Source: an uncultured Methanolobus sp.
GTDB taxonomy: Archaea; Halobacteriota; Methanosarcinia; Methanosarcinales; Methanosarcinaceae
NCBI GenBank assembly: GCA_963667555.1
Contig: OY763421.1
Coordinates: 449,562-513,561 of the forward strand
Length of the DNA: 64,000 bases
Direction: 5' to 3'
The notes below the pieces were generated by a model. It was not told the DNA's origin. It searched no databases and was given only the letters and a program-made list of their open reading frames with translations. This document shows, piece by piece, positions 10,331-21,450 of the stretch (position 1 is the first letter of the stretch; the number at the start of each line of letters is the position of its first letter). A program made the position numbers and the translations under genes.

Positions 10331-10377
10331 CCGGATAAGTATTTTAACTTAGTACCACATTTATAATTTAGAATTAT

Positions 10378-10998
10378 ATGCAGGAACTTCTTAAAAACAA
10401 ATATATTGCATTCATTGCTCTTTATTTTCTTCAATTGATACAGTTGATCCTTAAGCTGGTTTCATGGCTACAGCACTTTGATTACATGAAACACAAAAAA
10501 GAGATCCTTATATCCATTACTATTCTTTATGCAGGTTTTATATTCTACCTGTCCGCCCAGGCCAATCTAAGTATACCAGGCTCAATTTTCAAAATTCCAA
10601 TTTTGTATGAGCTGGCTGACCTTGCAAAAAGTCTTGGTCTTGGTTTTCTCATAGATATTGCGGATTATGCTCATGAGCATATTGATAAAGTAGCTCATCT
10701 GTTCCTCTATTTCGGTTTAGGTGTACTCCTGCATCTCACATTTAAAAACTCAGACCATGTTATTCTCAGGAAGTATGCAGCCATCTTTGCTGTGATACTT
10801 GGTATTATCTATGGGATCAGCGATGAATTCCATCAGTCCTTTGTGCCGGGTCGCTCCTCCAGTGTGCATGACCTTCTGGCTGATGGAATAGGTGTGACCA
10901 TAGCACAGATACTGTTCCTTATCCTTATACTGATGAACCTGCGCAGGAAAAAAGAAGTGAATGACCGGGAAACAGATCCCGGTGAAAAAGAGTTTTAA
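10378..10998 (+). CDS. VanZ-family membrane protein
   Basis: DKVAHLFLY, DEFHQSFVPGR.S..D..AD motifs. Confidence 0.85.
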   Translation: MQELLKNKYIAFIALYFLQLIQLILKLVSWLQHFDYMKHKKEILISITILYAGFIFYLSAQANLSIPGSIFKIPILYELADLAKSLGLGFLIDIADYAHEHIDKVAHLFLYFGLGVLLHLTFKNSDHVILRKYAAIFAVILGIIYGISDEFHQSFVPGRSSSVHDLLADGIGVTIAQILFLILILMNLRRKKEVNDRETDPGEKEF

Positions 10999-11024
10999 GT
11001 TTACTGAAAGTTCGTTCAGTGGGA

Positions 11025-12470
11025 TCACTGGCCAACGATTGCATGACTGTTCTTGTCACCGCGGCCTATGCCCTTGTACACAAATCCTGCATTTATGAAT
11101 GTGTCAGGATCGATGACATTCCTGCCGTCTATGATCACAGTGTTTTCCTTTCCGGTGAGTTTCTTTATGTCTGCAGGTTTCAGACTGAAATACTCCTTGT
11201 GACCGGTGAATATAACAACCGCATCTGCTCCCTTCAGTGTCTCATTTGAGTCTTTCAGCAGCTCGACATCCGGATAGCTGAGAACATGTGGGTCATGAAC
11301 TTTAAGTTCTGCTCCTGCTTCAAGGACCATGTCCCTATATGGCTCAGAAGGTGGATTGCGTGCATCATCAGAGTCATTGATAAAGGCCCAGCCGAGCATG
11401 GCTATCTTTGCTCCCTTTATGTCCACGTTCAGTCTCTTAAGTGCGGCAACAGTCAGGTTGTACATGTGCGCAGGCATGAAGTCGTTGACCCTGCGTGCAA
11501 GCACATAGATGGATTCTGCATCTTCTGGGTAATCAAGGGTTTCGGTTCCAAGTTTTACACCACGTTCAAGGTGATATGTATCCTTGGTAAGACAGTGTCC
11601 ACCAACACCGGCACCAGGCCAGAGTATGGCTCTTGTAATACCTTCTCCTTTCAAACTGTCAATACCGGCTCTTACATCATAGACATTGATCCCCATGGCC
11701 TCGCAGTAAAGTGCAAGCTGGTTCGCTGCTGCTATCTGCAGGTCCCTGAATGTGTTCTCTGCGGTCTTTGTAACTTCAGCAGCAGTTGCGCTCATTGGTA
11801 TGACCTTCCCCTTTGTGAGCACAGGTGAATAGAGCTCCACTGCCCTGTCGGTGCTTGGCTTATCAATACCACCAACGATCCTGTCATGTTCCTGGATATT
11901 GCGGAGAAGTCTTCCAACCATTACTCTTTCAGGAGCATGTGCAAGTGCAAAGTCCTCTCCGGCCTTAAGGCCAGATTCTTCCTCAAGGATCTCCCTTGCC
12001 ATTCCATCGGTGGTTCCTGGAGTGATGGTGGATTCAAGAACAACAAGCATTCCTGGTTTCAGGTATCTGCCAACATTGCGGATACCCTCTTTAAGAGCTC
12101 CAAAGTCAGGCTCAAGCGCCTTAGGATCTGCAAACGGGGTCTGGATTGCCAGTGTGACCGCATCAAGTTCGGATATCCTGGAAAAGTCAGGTGTACATTC
12201 GAACTTGCCTGCATCGGTGACCTTTTTGAGGAGTTCCTCAAGTCCCGGTTCCTCGCCTTTAAGCGGACTTTCACCACGGTTGATCATCTCTATCTTATAA
12301 CCTGATGAAGGGGAATCCCTCTGGAATCCAAGTACATGGTCAAACTTTTCAGAATCAGCAAAAAGGGCTGCTGCAGGGATACCCACATAACCCATTCCAA
12401 TAACACCTATTTTCTTAATAGGCCCTTTCTCTTTCAAAATATTCTCGAGTTTCTGGCTCATGATCATCAT
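11025..12470 (-). CDS. UDP-HexNAc 6-dehydrogenase (WbpA/WecC-like nucleotide sugar dehydrogenase)
   Basis: GMGYVG, ESTITPGTT, PER, GVGGHCL motifs. Confidence 0.9.
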   Translation of the reverse strand: MMIMSQKLENILKEKGPIKKIGVIGMGYVGIPAAALFADSEKFDHVLGFQRDSPSSGYKIEMINRGESPLKGEEPGLEELLKKVTDAGKFECTPDFSRISELDAVTLAIQTPFADPKALEPDFGALKEGIRNVGRYLKPGMLVVLESTITPGTTDGMAREILEEESGLKAGEDFALAHAPERVMVGRLLRNIQEHDRIVGGIDKPSTDRAVELYSPVLTKGKVIPMSATAAEVTKTAENTFRDLQIAAANQLALYCEAMGINVYDVRAGIDSLKGEGITRAILWPGAGVGGHCLTKDTYHLERGVKLGTETLDYPEDAESIYVLARRVNDFMPAHMYNLTVAALKRLNVDIKGAKIAMLGWAFINDSDDARNPPSEPYRDMVLEAGAELKVHDPHVLSYPDVELLKDSNETLKGADAVVIFTGHKEYFSLKPADIKKLTGKENTVIIDGRNVIDPDTFINAGFVYKGIGRGDKNSHAIVGQ

Positions 12471-13405
12471 TCCTTTATCTCTATCATTTTTGCTTCCTTA
12501 TATGAACAAATAGCAGCAAGACTGACCTTCAGTGCATGCTTTCCATCAGTTCCGGAAGGATTTGGCTGTCTGCCTGTATTAATGCAATCAATGAAATATT
12601 CAAGTTCGTTCCTGAGTGGTTCCTTCTGTTCGATCTTTGCTTTCCTTATCCATCCACTGTCATGAAGTTCCACTGTCTGGTCCATATAATCAAGATATGC
12701 AACACCGCCAACACCCACAGCAGTAAGCTTTCTTACTTTATGTGGTGTGAGCCAGTTGACCTCAACAAGCCCGGAGAACTCATGGTCCAGCCTCATGTGT
12801 ATGGTGGCATGGTCCTCAAAGGAATGGATATCTGCTCCTGCCACTGCGTAGACCTGGTTAACATCACTGCCGTAAAGATATGATATCACATCTATGTCAT
12901 GTACGCCGATGTCAAGGATCACTCCTACATCCCTTATCCTAGGGTTATATGGTCCGACCCTGGTGGTGGAAATTGACACGATCTTCCCGAGAAGGCCTGA
13001 TTCGATTATCTCTTTGAGCTTTATTACAGCAGGATTGAACCTTTCAATATGTCCGACCATCACAAGTCGTCCTTTTTCCCTGGCTGCACTTATTATTGCA
13101 TCGGCATTCTCAACGGTATCTGCAATTGGTTTTTCAACAAGTACATGTGCACCCGCTTCAATGGCATCAATGGCAACCTGACGGTGCATCTTGGTAGGAA
13201 CGACAATGCTTACCGCATCAATTCCCGATGCAAGCATTTCTTTGTAGTCTGTAAAGGCTTTAGTATTATATTGCTGTGCGAGGCTTTCCACAAGATCTCT
13301 GTCGATATCCGAAATTCCGGCAAGCTCCACGCCCGGCATCTCACTGTAGATACGAATGTGGTTCTTACCCATGGCACCGGCACCGATGACACCGACTCTT
13401 AACAT
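12467..13405 (-). CDS. Gfo/Idh/MocA oxidoreductase, UDP-GlcNAcA 3-dehydrogenase-like (WbpB/WlbA)
   Basis: GAGAMG, VEKPIA, GHIERFNPA, DIGVHDID; adjacent to aminotransferase and acetyltransferase. Confidence 0.85.
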   Translation of the reverse strand: MLRVGVIGAGAMGKNHIRIYSEMPGVELAGISDIDRDLVESLAQQYNTKAFTDYKEMLASGIDAVSIVVPTKMHRQVAIDAIEAGAHVLVEKPIADTVENADAIISAAREKGRLVMVGHIERFNPAVIKLKEIIESGLLGKIVSISTTRVGPYNPRIRDVGVILDIGVHDIDVISYLYGSDVNQVYAVAGADIHSFEDHATIHMRLDHEFSGLVEVNWLTPHKVRKLTAVGVGGVAYLDYMDQTVELHDSGWIRKAKIEQKEPLRNELEYFIDCINTGRQPNPSGTDGKHALKVSLAAICSYKEAKMIEIKE

Positions 13406-14508
13406 TGTGCATCACTCCACTGCTTTATGGTGTTACTTATTATGTCAATATCATCCTCTGTAACAGCAGGATGGACCGGCAGTGAGAGAACCTCCCTTGA
13501 GGCTTTTTCCGTAACCAGCAGATTGTCGTTGTATCCAAGTTCTTTATAATACGGCTGCCTGTGAATGGGTATTGGGTAGTATATGCCGGAGCCTACTCCT
13601 TTCTCCTTCAGGTAGTCAGACAGCTGGTCCCTGTTCCTTGTGCGTATGGTGTATTGGTGGAACACGTGCTCACAGCCTGCACTGACTATCGGGCATTCAA
13701 TACCTTCTATACCCTGAAGTTTGCCAGTAAGCAGTTTTGCATTTCTCTGTCTTGCTTCTATGTAAGACGGAAGTCTTTTGAGTTGAACCATGCCGATAGC
13801 AGCGGATATGTCTGTCATTCTCAGGTTGTATCCAAGCATCTCGTGAAGATAGCGCTGTTTTGAGCCGTGTGCACGTATCATGCGTGCCCTGTCAGCAACT
13901 TCCTTTTCATTAGTAGTGATGATCCCGCCTTCACTGGTGGTCATGTTCTTGGTAGGATAGAAACTGAATGCACCTGTGCCAAAGGAACCTACTTTTTTAC
14001 CTTTATAGCTGGCTCCGTGTGCCTGGCATGCATCTTCAATGATCATAAGGCCATGATCCTCTGCTATCTCATTGATCGCTCTCATATCTGCGGGATGACC
14101 ATATAAATGGACTGGCATGATGGCTTTAGTTGCAGGCGTTATCTTCTCTTCTATAAGATGCGGGTCAATGTTGAAACTGTCTGCTCTTATATCCGCAAAA
14201 ACAGGTTTTGCACCTGTGAAAAGAACAGAGTTGGCTGTGGCTATAAAACTGAACGAGCTTGTAATTACCTCATCACCCTTACCAATGCCGTGTGCAAGTA
14301 AAGCAGCATGAAGAGCTGCAGTTCCTGAATTTACCGCCACGGCATGTTCTGTTCCTGTGTAATCGGCAAATTCCTGTTCAAACTCTGCAACCCGGGGTCC
14401 TTCGGCGATTATTCCCGAGCGCAGCACGTCACTGACGGCTTCGATTTCAGCTTCATCAAGCTGTGGTTTTGCAATAGGTATCATAGGTCTCACGAGTCCA
14501 TGTATCAA
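13399..14508 (-). CDS. DegT/DnrJ/EryC1/StrS aminotransferase (WbpE/WlbC-like)
   Basis: NSGTAALH, EDACQAHG, SFYPTKNMT (PLP lysine). Confidence 0.9.
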   Translation of the reverse strand: MIHGLVRPMIPIAKPQLDEAEIEAVSDVLRSGIIAEGPRVAEFEQEFADYTGTEHAVAVNSGTAALHAALLAHGIGKGDEVITSSFSFIATANSVLFTGAKPVFADIRADSFNIDPHLIEEKITPATKAIMPVHLYGHPADMRAINEIAEDHGLMIIEDACQAHGASYKGKKVGSFGTGAFSFYPTKNMTTSEGGIITTNEKEVADRARMIRAHGSKQRYLHEMLGYNLRMTDISAAIGMVQLKRLPSYIEARQRNAKLLTGKLQGIEGIECPIVSAGCEHVFHQYTIRTRNRDQLSDYLKEKGVGSGIYYPIPIHRQPYYKELGYNDNLLVTEKASREVLSLPVHPAVTEDDIDIISNTIKQWSDAQC

Positions 14509-14551
14509 TAATGAGTTAACAATGATTTTTAGTTTAAGTTTAATTCTATAC

Positions 14552-15241
14552 TTATATTGTATTCAAAGTTTCAAGCTTTTCCGGAAGGTCAACGATCTTT
14601 GCAGGACATCCGATGGCAAGCTTCCATGCAGGCACATCTTTTGTGACCAGTGCCCCGGCAGCCACCATGGCCCCCTCGCCGATCTCAACTCCTGGTACAA
14701 GTGTTGCATTTGCACCAATGGAAGCGCCTTTTCTTAAAATCGGACCTTCGGGATGATACTCTCCCCTGATGGGATACTTATCATTGGCAAGCACGGCACA
14801 TGGCCCGATAAATACCTTATCTTCTATGGTAACATGCGTGGGAATGTACACATTGCCCTGGATGCTGACATTGTTACCTATGGTAACAGTGCCGTCAATT
14901 ATCACATTTGTTCCAATGAGGACATTATCACCAATAGTGGTGTTCTCTCTTATCATGGCATTATGCCCGGTCCTGAAATTTTTCCCTGCCCTGACATTGC
15001 TGAAAATGGTCGTCCCTGCCCTGATGAATGCATTGTCACCAATAACAGCACCAGGCTGGTCATATTCTTCAATTTCAACACCCGCTTTTGTGATCTCCAT
15101 AAGTATGCTGTGCTGAGGATATCCAAGTATTACATTTTCAAGTACTACCGAATCTTTACCAATACTACTGGAACCATAAAGTTTAGCAGACCTGTGAACA
15201 TATGTGTTATTTTGCATAGTCCCACTCATTTTTGTTTTCAC
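14552..15241 (-). CDS. Hexapeptide-repeat N-acetyltransferase (WbpD/WlbB-like)
   Basis: Repeated IG.N..IG hexads, FIGP..V..ND, GASIGAN. Confidence 0.85.
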   Translation of the reverse strand: MKTKMSGTMQNNTYVHRSAKLYGSSSIGKDSVVLENVILGYPQHSILMEITKAGVEIEEYDQPGAVIGDNAFIRAGTTIFSNVRAGKNFRTGHNAMIRENTTIGDNVLIGTNVIIDGTVTIGNNVSIQGNVYIPTHVTIEDKVFIGPCAVLANDKYPIRGEYHPEGPILRKGASIGANATLVPGVEIGEGAMVAAGALVTKDVPAWKLAIGCPAKIVDLPEKLETLNTI

Positions 15242-15336
15242 TTAAGGATTTAAGTTTATATAAATTTATTCAGTTTTATCATTTATAAATGCAGATCTCA
15301 TAGAAAATACTATTTTAGATAGATTCCTTTATTATC

Positions 15337-18300
15337 TCAATTGCTGACATGTTCATCAAAAAACGACTTCAGATACTCTATCTCTTTCTCCATCCTGCTC
15401 AGTCCTCCTGCAATATCAGTTCCTCTGTTATCGCTTACTGAACTTTCGATGTCTGTTGCAATGGATGCGAGTATGTTGAAACCTGTGTTAAGTGCTGTTC
15501 CTTTTGTCTTATGGGCAATAGTGCTTACCAGTTCCATATCATTTTTTGAGTGTGCAGTGCACATCTGGCCATAGTTCTGGACAAAGGATGCCATTGCCAT
15601 TGCTATCAGGTTCCTGTATAGTTCTTCACTTCCATCCGTATTATTCTGCAACCAATCTGAATCGAAATGAACAGCATTTAATGTATGATCCTTATCATCT
15701 TCCTGCTCACCATGTGATTTATCGGATACACTTTCTTTTTCCTCGAACAACCATTTTTCACAGATCTGGCGAATGGTATCAAAGACGATTGGTTTTGGAA
15801 CATAGTCATCGAGCCCGGCTTCCAGGCATTTTTCTTTCTCTCCTCTGAATGTGCCTGCTGTAAGTGCTATTATCGGTGTATGGGTGCCAGTTGCATTTTC
15901 AAGATCCCTTATCATGGTTGTAGCATCGTATCCGCTTATCTCAGGCATCTGTATATCCATCAGGATAAGGTCCGGGCGCTCTTCTGCGAATAATTCTACC
16001 GCTTCACTTCCATTCTTTGCCTTGTATATCTCTGCATTCGGAAGGATCTTAGAAACAATGGTAAAGGTGAGAAGCATGTTTGTTTCATTGTCCTCTGCAA
16101 TAAGGATCCTGTATTTTCCTTCGTGTTTGCTTGCGGACTTTTTCAGTTCATGGTAATTTCCATGTCCATCGTTCTTTTCACCGGACAATGAACGGACAAT
16201 ACTTTCAAGTAGTTCATCCCTCTTCACAGGTTTGATAATGGTATGTGTTCCTGCTTCCTCAAAAGTATCCCGGTCGGTCGAGTCCTGCATTATTATAACT
16301 GGCGTATCGCGGGAATAATAACTGTTACCTGCACGTATCTTTTGCAACAGTTCGTCTCCTGTTACAGAAGGCATGTGCCTGTCTATGATCATTAATCTGA
16401 TGTCACTGGCTATTTCCTTAAAGTTCTCAGACGCTTCTTTTGCAGAGCAGGCCAGTTCCGTGTCAATGCTTGTATCTTCCAGGATCGACCTTACCAGATG
16501 ACAGTTTTTCACGTTATCGTCGACAATGAGTACCATTCCAGGGTATGAGGTATTTTCTTTATGGGAATGTCCGGCATATTCGCAGGGCATGGTAATAGAA
16601 AAACTAAAAACGCTTCCCTTTCCCTCTTCGCTGCTAAGTTCAAGTCTGGAGTTCATTTTTTCAAGAAGCCTGTTTGAAATACTAAGGCCAAGTCCGGTTC
16701 CTCCGTACTTTCTGGAAATGGAATTATCAGCCTGCGAAAAAGCCTCGAAAACTTCTATTTGCCTGTCCGGTGGAATTCCTATGCCAGTATCAGTGACAGA
16801 GAATCTGATATCAGCTTTCCCGTCAGGGTATGTCTTCTCTGCATGGACCTCAAGTTCAACGTCTCCGGAAACTGTGAATTTGATAGCATTTCCAAGAAGA
16901 TTCACAAGTATCTGTCTTAGTCTCATGCGGTCAGCAATAACAAGGTCCGGGATATCATATGAAATATTAAGCAGGAGCTCAAGTCCCTTTGCATGTGCGT
17001 TGTACTTCAGCATATCTGTTATCTGTTCGCATAGCTCTCTCAGGTCAAATTTCTCATTTTCAAGTTCAAGCCTGCCTGCCTCTATCTTGGATATGTCCAG
17101 CACATCATTTATAAGATCAAGAAGTGAATTTGCAGATGCATGTATCGTTTGCATGTGCTGATATTGTGAAGGGCTTAGCTGGGAATCGATGAGCAGGTCT
17201 GAAAAACCGATAATGCCATTAAGTGGTGTGCGGATCTCATGACTGATATTGGCCAGGAAATCTGATTTTGCCTGGCTTGCAGCTTTTGCTTTTTCTTCTG
17301 CCTTCTTATTTTCATCAATGCTGATATGTGTTCCATAAACATGCAGGGCTTTTCCATCTTTATCATAACTGGCTACTCTTCCCTGCGCACGTATCCATAC
17401 CCAGTATCCTTCTTTGTGCAGCATTCTGTATTCTGCCAGATAATGGTCGTTCTTTCCCGAAGCTGTATCTGTGAATTTGCTGATAACATCTTCAACATCA
17501 TCCTGATGGATAAGCTGTTGCCACATTGTAAGGTTATAATCGGAAAAATCACCAAAGTCATATCCTATTATCTTTTTCCAGCTCTCAAGGCCCTGCAATT
17601 CAATGTTTCCTGTTAGCAGGTCAACATCCCATATTCCTGCACATGTGGCATCAAGGGCAATGTCAAGTAACTGTGTTCTGTTTTTCAGTTCGTCTTCCGA
17701 ACGTTTTCTGTCAGTTATGTCTCTGCACACACAGAACACAAGCTCCTGGTCACCACAAACTGCGCTGCTGGAACTGATCTCCACATTTATTACGGTACCA
17801 TCTTTTTTCTGGTGCTGGGTTTCGATATACTTGTCGTATTTCTGTGTAGACATGAGTGCCCATGGAAGTTGCTCAGTGTCAACACTTTTGTCCCAATCCC
17901 AGATGTGCATATTCTTTATTTCTTCCAGTGAATATCCAAGCATGTCTGCATAACGCCGATTTGCTTCGTAGACTCCGCCAAGCAGGTCAAGAACTACGAT
18001 CCCATCCATGGAGTCCTTTATAAGTTCATGCTTCCAGACTTCCTCTTCAGCTATCTTCTTCTCTGCCTTTTTACGTTCGGTAATGTCCTGAAGTGTTCCT
18101 GCTACGATGTTTTTGTCGGATTGATATTCCGCAACAGAACTGATGTGACGTATCTCCCCATCAGATGGTCTTTTCATGCCGAATTCTACGTAATAGGGTT
18201 TTTTATGTTCAATTAGGTCAGTTAGTGCTGTATCAAGTTCAGATCTGAATTGTGGAAGAACAAGGGACTGAACCTCACGGATAGTTATGCTTGTGTCCTC

Positions 18301-19515
18301 CAGACCATATATCCTGAAAGCTTCTTTTGATGCATGAACTATTCCGGTATTCATATCAAATTCCCAGCTTCCGGTATTTCCTATTCTCTGGGCATCACTA
18401 AGTCTTTTTTTCTGTATCTGCAGTTCTTCTCTTTCGGCTCTTTTTTCAAGAGCACTTGATATTATTGCGGCAAGAACCTTTAGCAGTGTTATCTGCTCCT
18501 CGGACCAGTGATGTTCATTAATGGAATTAAAACCAAAAAAGCCGATAATTTCCGATCTTTCTTTAAGCGGTATGATAAGGAATGATCTTATGGAATACTT
18601 TTTCCATTTGTTCTTTTCATTTTCTGCTTCCGGTGGCAGTTCATCAACATCAAAAATGCATATATGATCATTTTTTTGAATGGTCTTTTTAAACCATGGA
18701 CATTCAGTGAGTCTGGTATTATCAATTACACTTTGTGCATGTGACTCTATGCCTTTGGCACAGCGTTCATATCCATTTTTAAGTGATTGTCCGTCATCTG
18801 AAAAGAGAAATACGAACGCCCTTTCAACGTCAAAAAGTTCTCTGCAGGTTTCAAGGGCTTCATCTATGGTCTTGTCAAGTTCATTATCGGAAACACTCAG
18901 GAATCTGGAACTTATCTCCGATATCATCTTCTGATATCTGAAATTGAACCGGAGTTCTTCCTGTGTCCTTTTCCTCTCAAGAAGTAAACCGACCTGTCGT
19001 GAGAATACTTCGATCAGTTCTTCATTGGGATATTCTTCATCCACATCATATATAAGAACAAAATATCCAAGATTGAGATCATTTCTGACAATGTTAGCAA
19101 TAATGGTCAACCCTACATTGAATGCCTTTTCCAGCATAATGATGGGGGTTTTAGGAAACAGTCCTTCAGTAAGTTCGTGTATTGAGGAAAAGCGAGTGAT
19201 AATATTGTTCCTGATCTTATTTTCCAGGCTTGCTTCTCTCTTCCAGACTTTTCCTTTAAGTTCCAGATCAAGTATTTTACAGGCTTTTCTGATATGGTCA
19301 CCCGAACCCAGGACACTTTTTGTTATGTATGCATTGATATTCTCATCAAAAAGGATGAATGCAGCATATCTGGCACCTGAAACTTCTTTCATCATCTCGG
19401 TTATGCGATCGCAATCAGTTTCATTGGCAGAGCTCTGGAAAAGTTCTTCTGAATAGGCAACCAGCTTTTTCAGTTTAATGTTCTCTTCGTGGTTCTCTGT
19501 CATAGCTTCTGCCAT
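15337..19515 (-). CDS. Cytoplasmic hybrid histidine kinase (GAF, several PAS, HisKA, HATPase, 2x REC, Hpt)
   Basis: H-box FLANISHEIRTPLNG, NLLGNAIKFT, DTGIG, GGTGLGL, receiver motifs IDRHMP and MDIQMP, Hpt AHKTKG. Confidence 0.92.
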   Translation of the reverse strand: MAEAMTENHEENIKLKKLVAYSEELFQSSANETDCDRITEMMKEVSGARYAAFILFDENINAYITKSVLGSGDHIRKACKILDLELKGKVWKREASLENKIRNNIITRFSSIHELTEGLFPKTPIIMLEKAFNVGLTIIANIVRNDLNLGYFVLIYDVDEEYPNEELIEVFSRQVGLLLERKRTQEELRFNFRYQKMISEISSRFLSVSDNELDKTIDEALETCRELFDVERAFVFLFSDDGQSLKNGYERCAKGIESHAQSVIDNTRLTECPWFKKTIQKNDHICIFDVDELPPEAENEKNKWKKYSIRSFLIIPLKERSEIIGFFGFNSINEHHWSEEQITLLKVLAAIISSALEKRAEREELQIQKKRLSDAQRIGNTGSWEFDMNTGIVHASKEAFRIYGLEDTSITIREVQSLVLPQFRSELDTALTDLIEHKKPYYVEFGMKRPSDGEIRHISSVAEYQSDKNIVAGTLQDITERKKAEKKIAEEEVWKHELIKDSMDGIVVLDLLGGVYEANRRYADMLGYSLEEIKNMHIWDWDKSVDTEQLPWALMSTQKYDKYIETQHQKKDGTVINVEISSSSAVCGDQELVFCVCRDITDRKRSEDELKNRTQLLDIALDATCAGIWDVDLLTGNIELQGLESWKKIIGYDFGDFSDYNLTMWQQLIHQDDVEDVISKFTDTASGKNDHYLAEYRMLHKEGYWVWIRAQGRVASYDKDGKALHVYGTHISIDENKKAEEKAKAASQAKSDFLANISHEIRTPLNGIIGFSDLLIDSQLSPSQYQHMQTIHASANSLLDLINDVLDISKIEAGRLELENEKFDLRELCEQITDMLKYNAHAKGLELLLNISYDIPDLVIADRMRLRQILVNLLGNAIKFTVSGDVELEVHAEKTYPDGKADIRFSVTDTGIGIPPDRQIEVFEAFSQADNSISRKYGGTGLGLSISNRLLEKMNSRLELSSEEGKGSVFSFSITMPCEYAGHSHKENTSYPGMVLIVDDNVKNCHLVRSILEDTSIDTELACSAKEASENFKEIASDIRLMIIDRHMPSVTGDELLQKIRAGNSYYSRDTPVIIMQDSTDRDTFEEAGTHTIIKPVKRDELLESIVRSLSGEKNDGHGNYHELKKSASKHEGKYRILIAEDNETNMLLTFTIVSKILPNAEIYKAKNGSEAVELFAEERPDLILMDIQMPEISGYDATTMIRDLENATGTHTPIIALTAGTFRGEKEKCLEAGLDDYVPKPIVFDTIRQICEKWLFEEKESVSDKSHGEQEDDKDHTLNAVHFDSDWLQNNTDGSEELYRNLIAMAMASFVQNYGQMCTAHSKNDMELVSTIAHKTKGTALNTGFNILASIATDIESSVSDNRGTDIAGGLSRMEKEIEYLKSFFDEHVSN

Positions 19516-19766
19516 TTACTGCTAAGCTCCCTGATGCATACAGCAAGATGATCTTTGTCCGGGCGGATGTATTTTTGTATAACTGCTCCTCAGTTTTTCA
19601 AGTATGTATATAATTCCTACTTGAAAAGGTTTGGCATGGTATCGAAAATGAATGCATGTATTTATACAGACTTATTGTATTTATTACATATCTGTATATG
19701 GAATTCTTGTTCAGTACGGTGATTTCTGGAATAGTTTATTTAGTTTATCTGGTTGGTTTATCTCCT

Positions 19767-20101
19767 GACTTTGTAGAAATCCTGTTGATATGAGTGACAC
19801 AAACTTTGCTGCTTTTCTCCAACAACAATGTCCGAACTCTACAAACAAAATAACCATCCGCCGCAGGCGGCACATTCCGATGATTCTACGCAGAAGACTC
19901 TTCCAATGATTGTTGTTTCTGCAGAATCGACACAAGTCCTGCGAAGAAAATATTCCATCGTATTATGCAGATAATTTTGTTTGGTTTTGTAGGAAAACGC
20001 CGGCTCCGCCGGACCCATCGGGATAACTCAAGTAATTCAGGACTTGCGATAGATCGGGTTAGCCGTCCTTTAAGTTAAAATGGCAGAACTTTTGCAGAGC
20101 T
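19767..20101 (+). mobile_element. Repeat family A (MITE-like), copy 2, full length with imperfect TIRs
   Basis: GACTTTGTAGAAATCCTG at 19767; CAGAACTTTTGCAGAGCT ending 20101; internal CCGCCGCAGGCGG (19858) and CGCCGGCTCCGCCGGACCC. Confidence 0.7.
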
Positions 20102-20109
20102 ATTTTATT

Positions 20110-20670
20110 CTACTGTTTCTCTTTTTTAACCGCCGATCCTTCTTTTCTTCTTATAATATAAGGCAGAAGCATCTGTTTTCCAATAACTGCTATGACTATC
20201 AAAAGTCCCAGCAGTTCAGACAGGAATACAAAGCTCATTCCCGGAGTGTATGCGTTTTTGAATATGCTAAGGAAGTAGTCAAGTATGCCTGCTGACTGGT
20301 ACCCGTCGGGAAACTGCCAGCCAAATAGGGGCCAGAAAAGTGTTTGTGGTGTCGTCCACATTCGGTCTTCCATCAGGTGCATCAAGGATGCAAAAGGTAT
20401 TATTAACAGGTCAGGATCGTTCTTCTTTTTGTAGAAATAGTATGCTGTTGTCAGGACAAGAATAAAGAAGAGTAATGTATGGCCGTATATCCTGCCGTTT
20501 GCAAGTGAATCTGCAAGCAGGATCTCTCCAAGAGGCTTGTCAAGAATATCAGGAAGCATGGCACCGAACGCGATGAATGGGATGTTCAGGCCTATTTTTG
20601 AGAACGCAGGATGTTTCCTTATAAGCAAGAATATCCAAAGTGTGATCCCTATGTGGCCGAAGATGAACAT
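20110..20670 (-). CDS. Membrane-bound metal-dependent hydrolase (YdjM-like)
   Basis: GH at start, LPDILDK, GHT, HLMED motifs. Confidence 0.8.
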   Translation of the reverse strand: MFIFGHIGITLWIFLLIRKHPAFSKIGLNIPFIAFGAMLPDILDKPLGEILLADSLANGRIYGHTLLFFILVLTTAYYFYKKKNDPDLLIIPFASLMHLMEDRMWTTPQTLFWPLFGWQFPDGYQSAGILDYFLSIFKNAYTPGMSFVFLSELLGLLIVIAVIGKQMLLPYIIRRKEGSAVKKEKQ

Positions 20671-20792
20671 GTGCTGCTATTTAGGGATGGGTTTACTATT
20701 GTCTTTTGTGGTCAGGTGGGATCTTTGTGTGATAGGTGCTCATATAATGGGAGAACAGCAGATTTATATAATTTTGATTAATATACTAATGC

Positions 20793-21377
20793 ATGCCATA
20801 TCCAGCATTTCATCTGTCATTCTTCATTTTCTGTGTGTCCCTTGTGGGAATATTTGCAATAGCAGGAAGTGGCTTTAGAAAAGAGATGACATTTAAGGAT
20901 GTAAAACACCTGAGTCTGCTGCTCTTTGTTGGTAGCGTGGGTTCGGTGTTCCCGGATGTGCCTGCGGTATGGAACTATGTTTTGCACGGAACTCTTCAGC
21001 ATACCAGGATAGGTTCGGTTCCAACCCATTCATTGTTCTTTGGACTTGTGGCATTCATACTGGCATTCCTGCTAGGATATGCTGTATACAGAAATACTTC
21101 CAAAGCTTCGTCCATTGGTATCTTTGCAGAGGCTGCTTTCCTGTCACATCTTCTGCTTGATGATATTGCAGATGGCGGACTTACTTACCTGTATCCGGTC
21201 TATAATGAGCCTCTTAGTATCTTTGCTTTCATGAACGTGAGACTTTCCGGTGTGGATTTCTTCTACTATAACTTTGCCTGCTTTGTTTCTGTGTTCTTTA
21301 TATTCTGTGTGATGTTCATGGCTTTGCTGGCTTTGAAGGATCTGGGCTTTGGGTTCAGGTATGAGCCTGTGGAATGA
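20793..21377 (+). CDS. Membrane-bound metal-dependent hydrolase (YdjM-like)
   Basis: H near start, PDVP, THSL, SHLLLDD motifs. Confidence 0.8.
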   Translation: MPYPAFHLSFFIFCVSLVGIFAIAGSGFRKEMTFKDVKHLSLLLFVGSVGSVFPDVPAVWNYVLHGTLQHTRIGSVPTHSLFFGLVAFILAFLLGYAVYRNTSKASSIGIFAEAAFLSHLLLDDIADGGLTYLYPVYNEPLSIFAFMNVRLSGVDFFYYNFACFVSVFFIFCVMFMALLALKDLGFGFRYEPVE

Positions 21378-21450
21378 AAGGCTGTGGATGTTATTGTTTT
21401 GCGTAATCATTTCTATTTTGATGCAAAGTGACTGGTTTTTTATGGTTTTT

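Noticed and set aside
15337-19515. Hybrid kinase as an unusual system
   Set aside because: Multi-PAS hybrid kinases are common in Methanosarcinales and I saw no unusual domain
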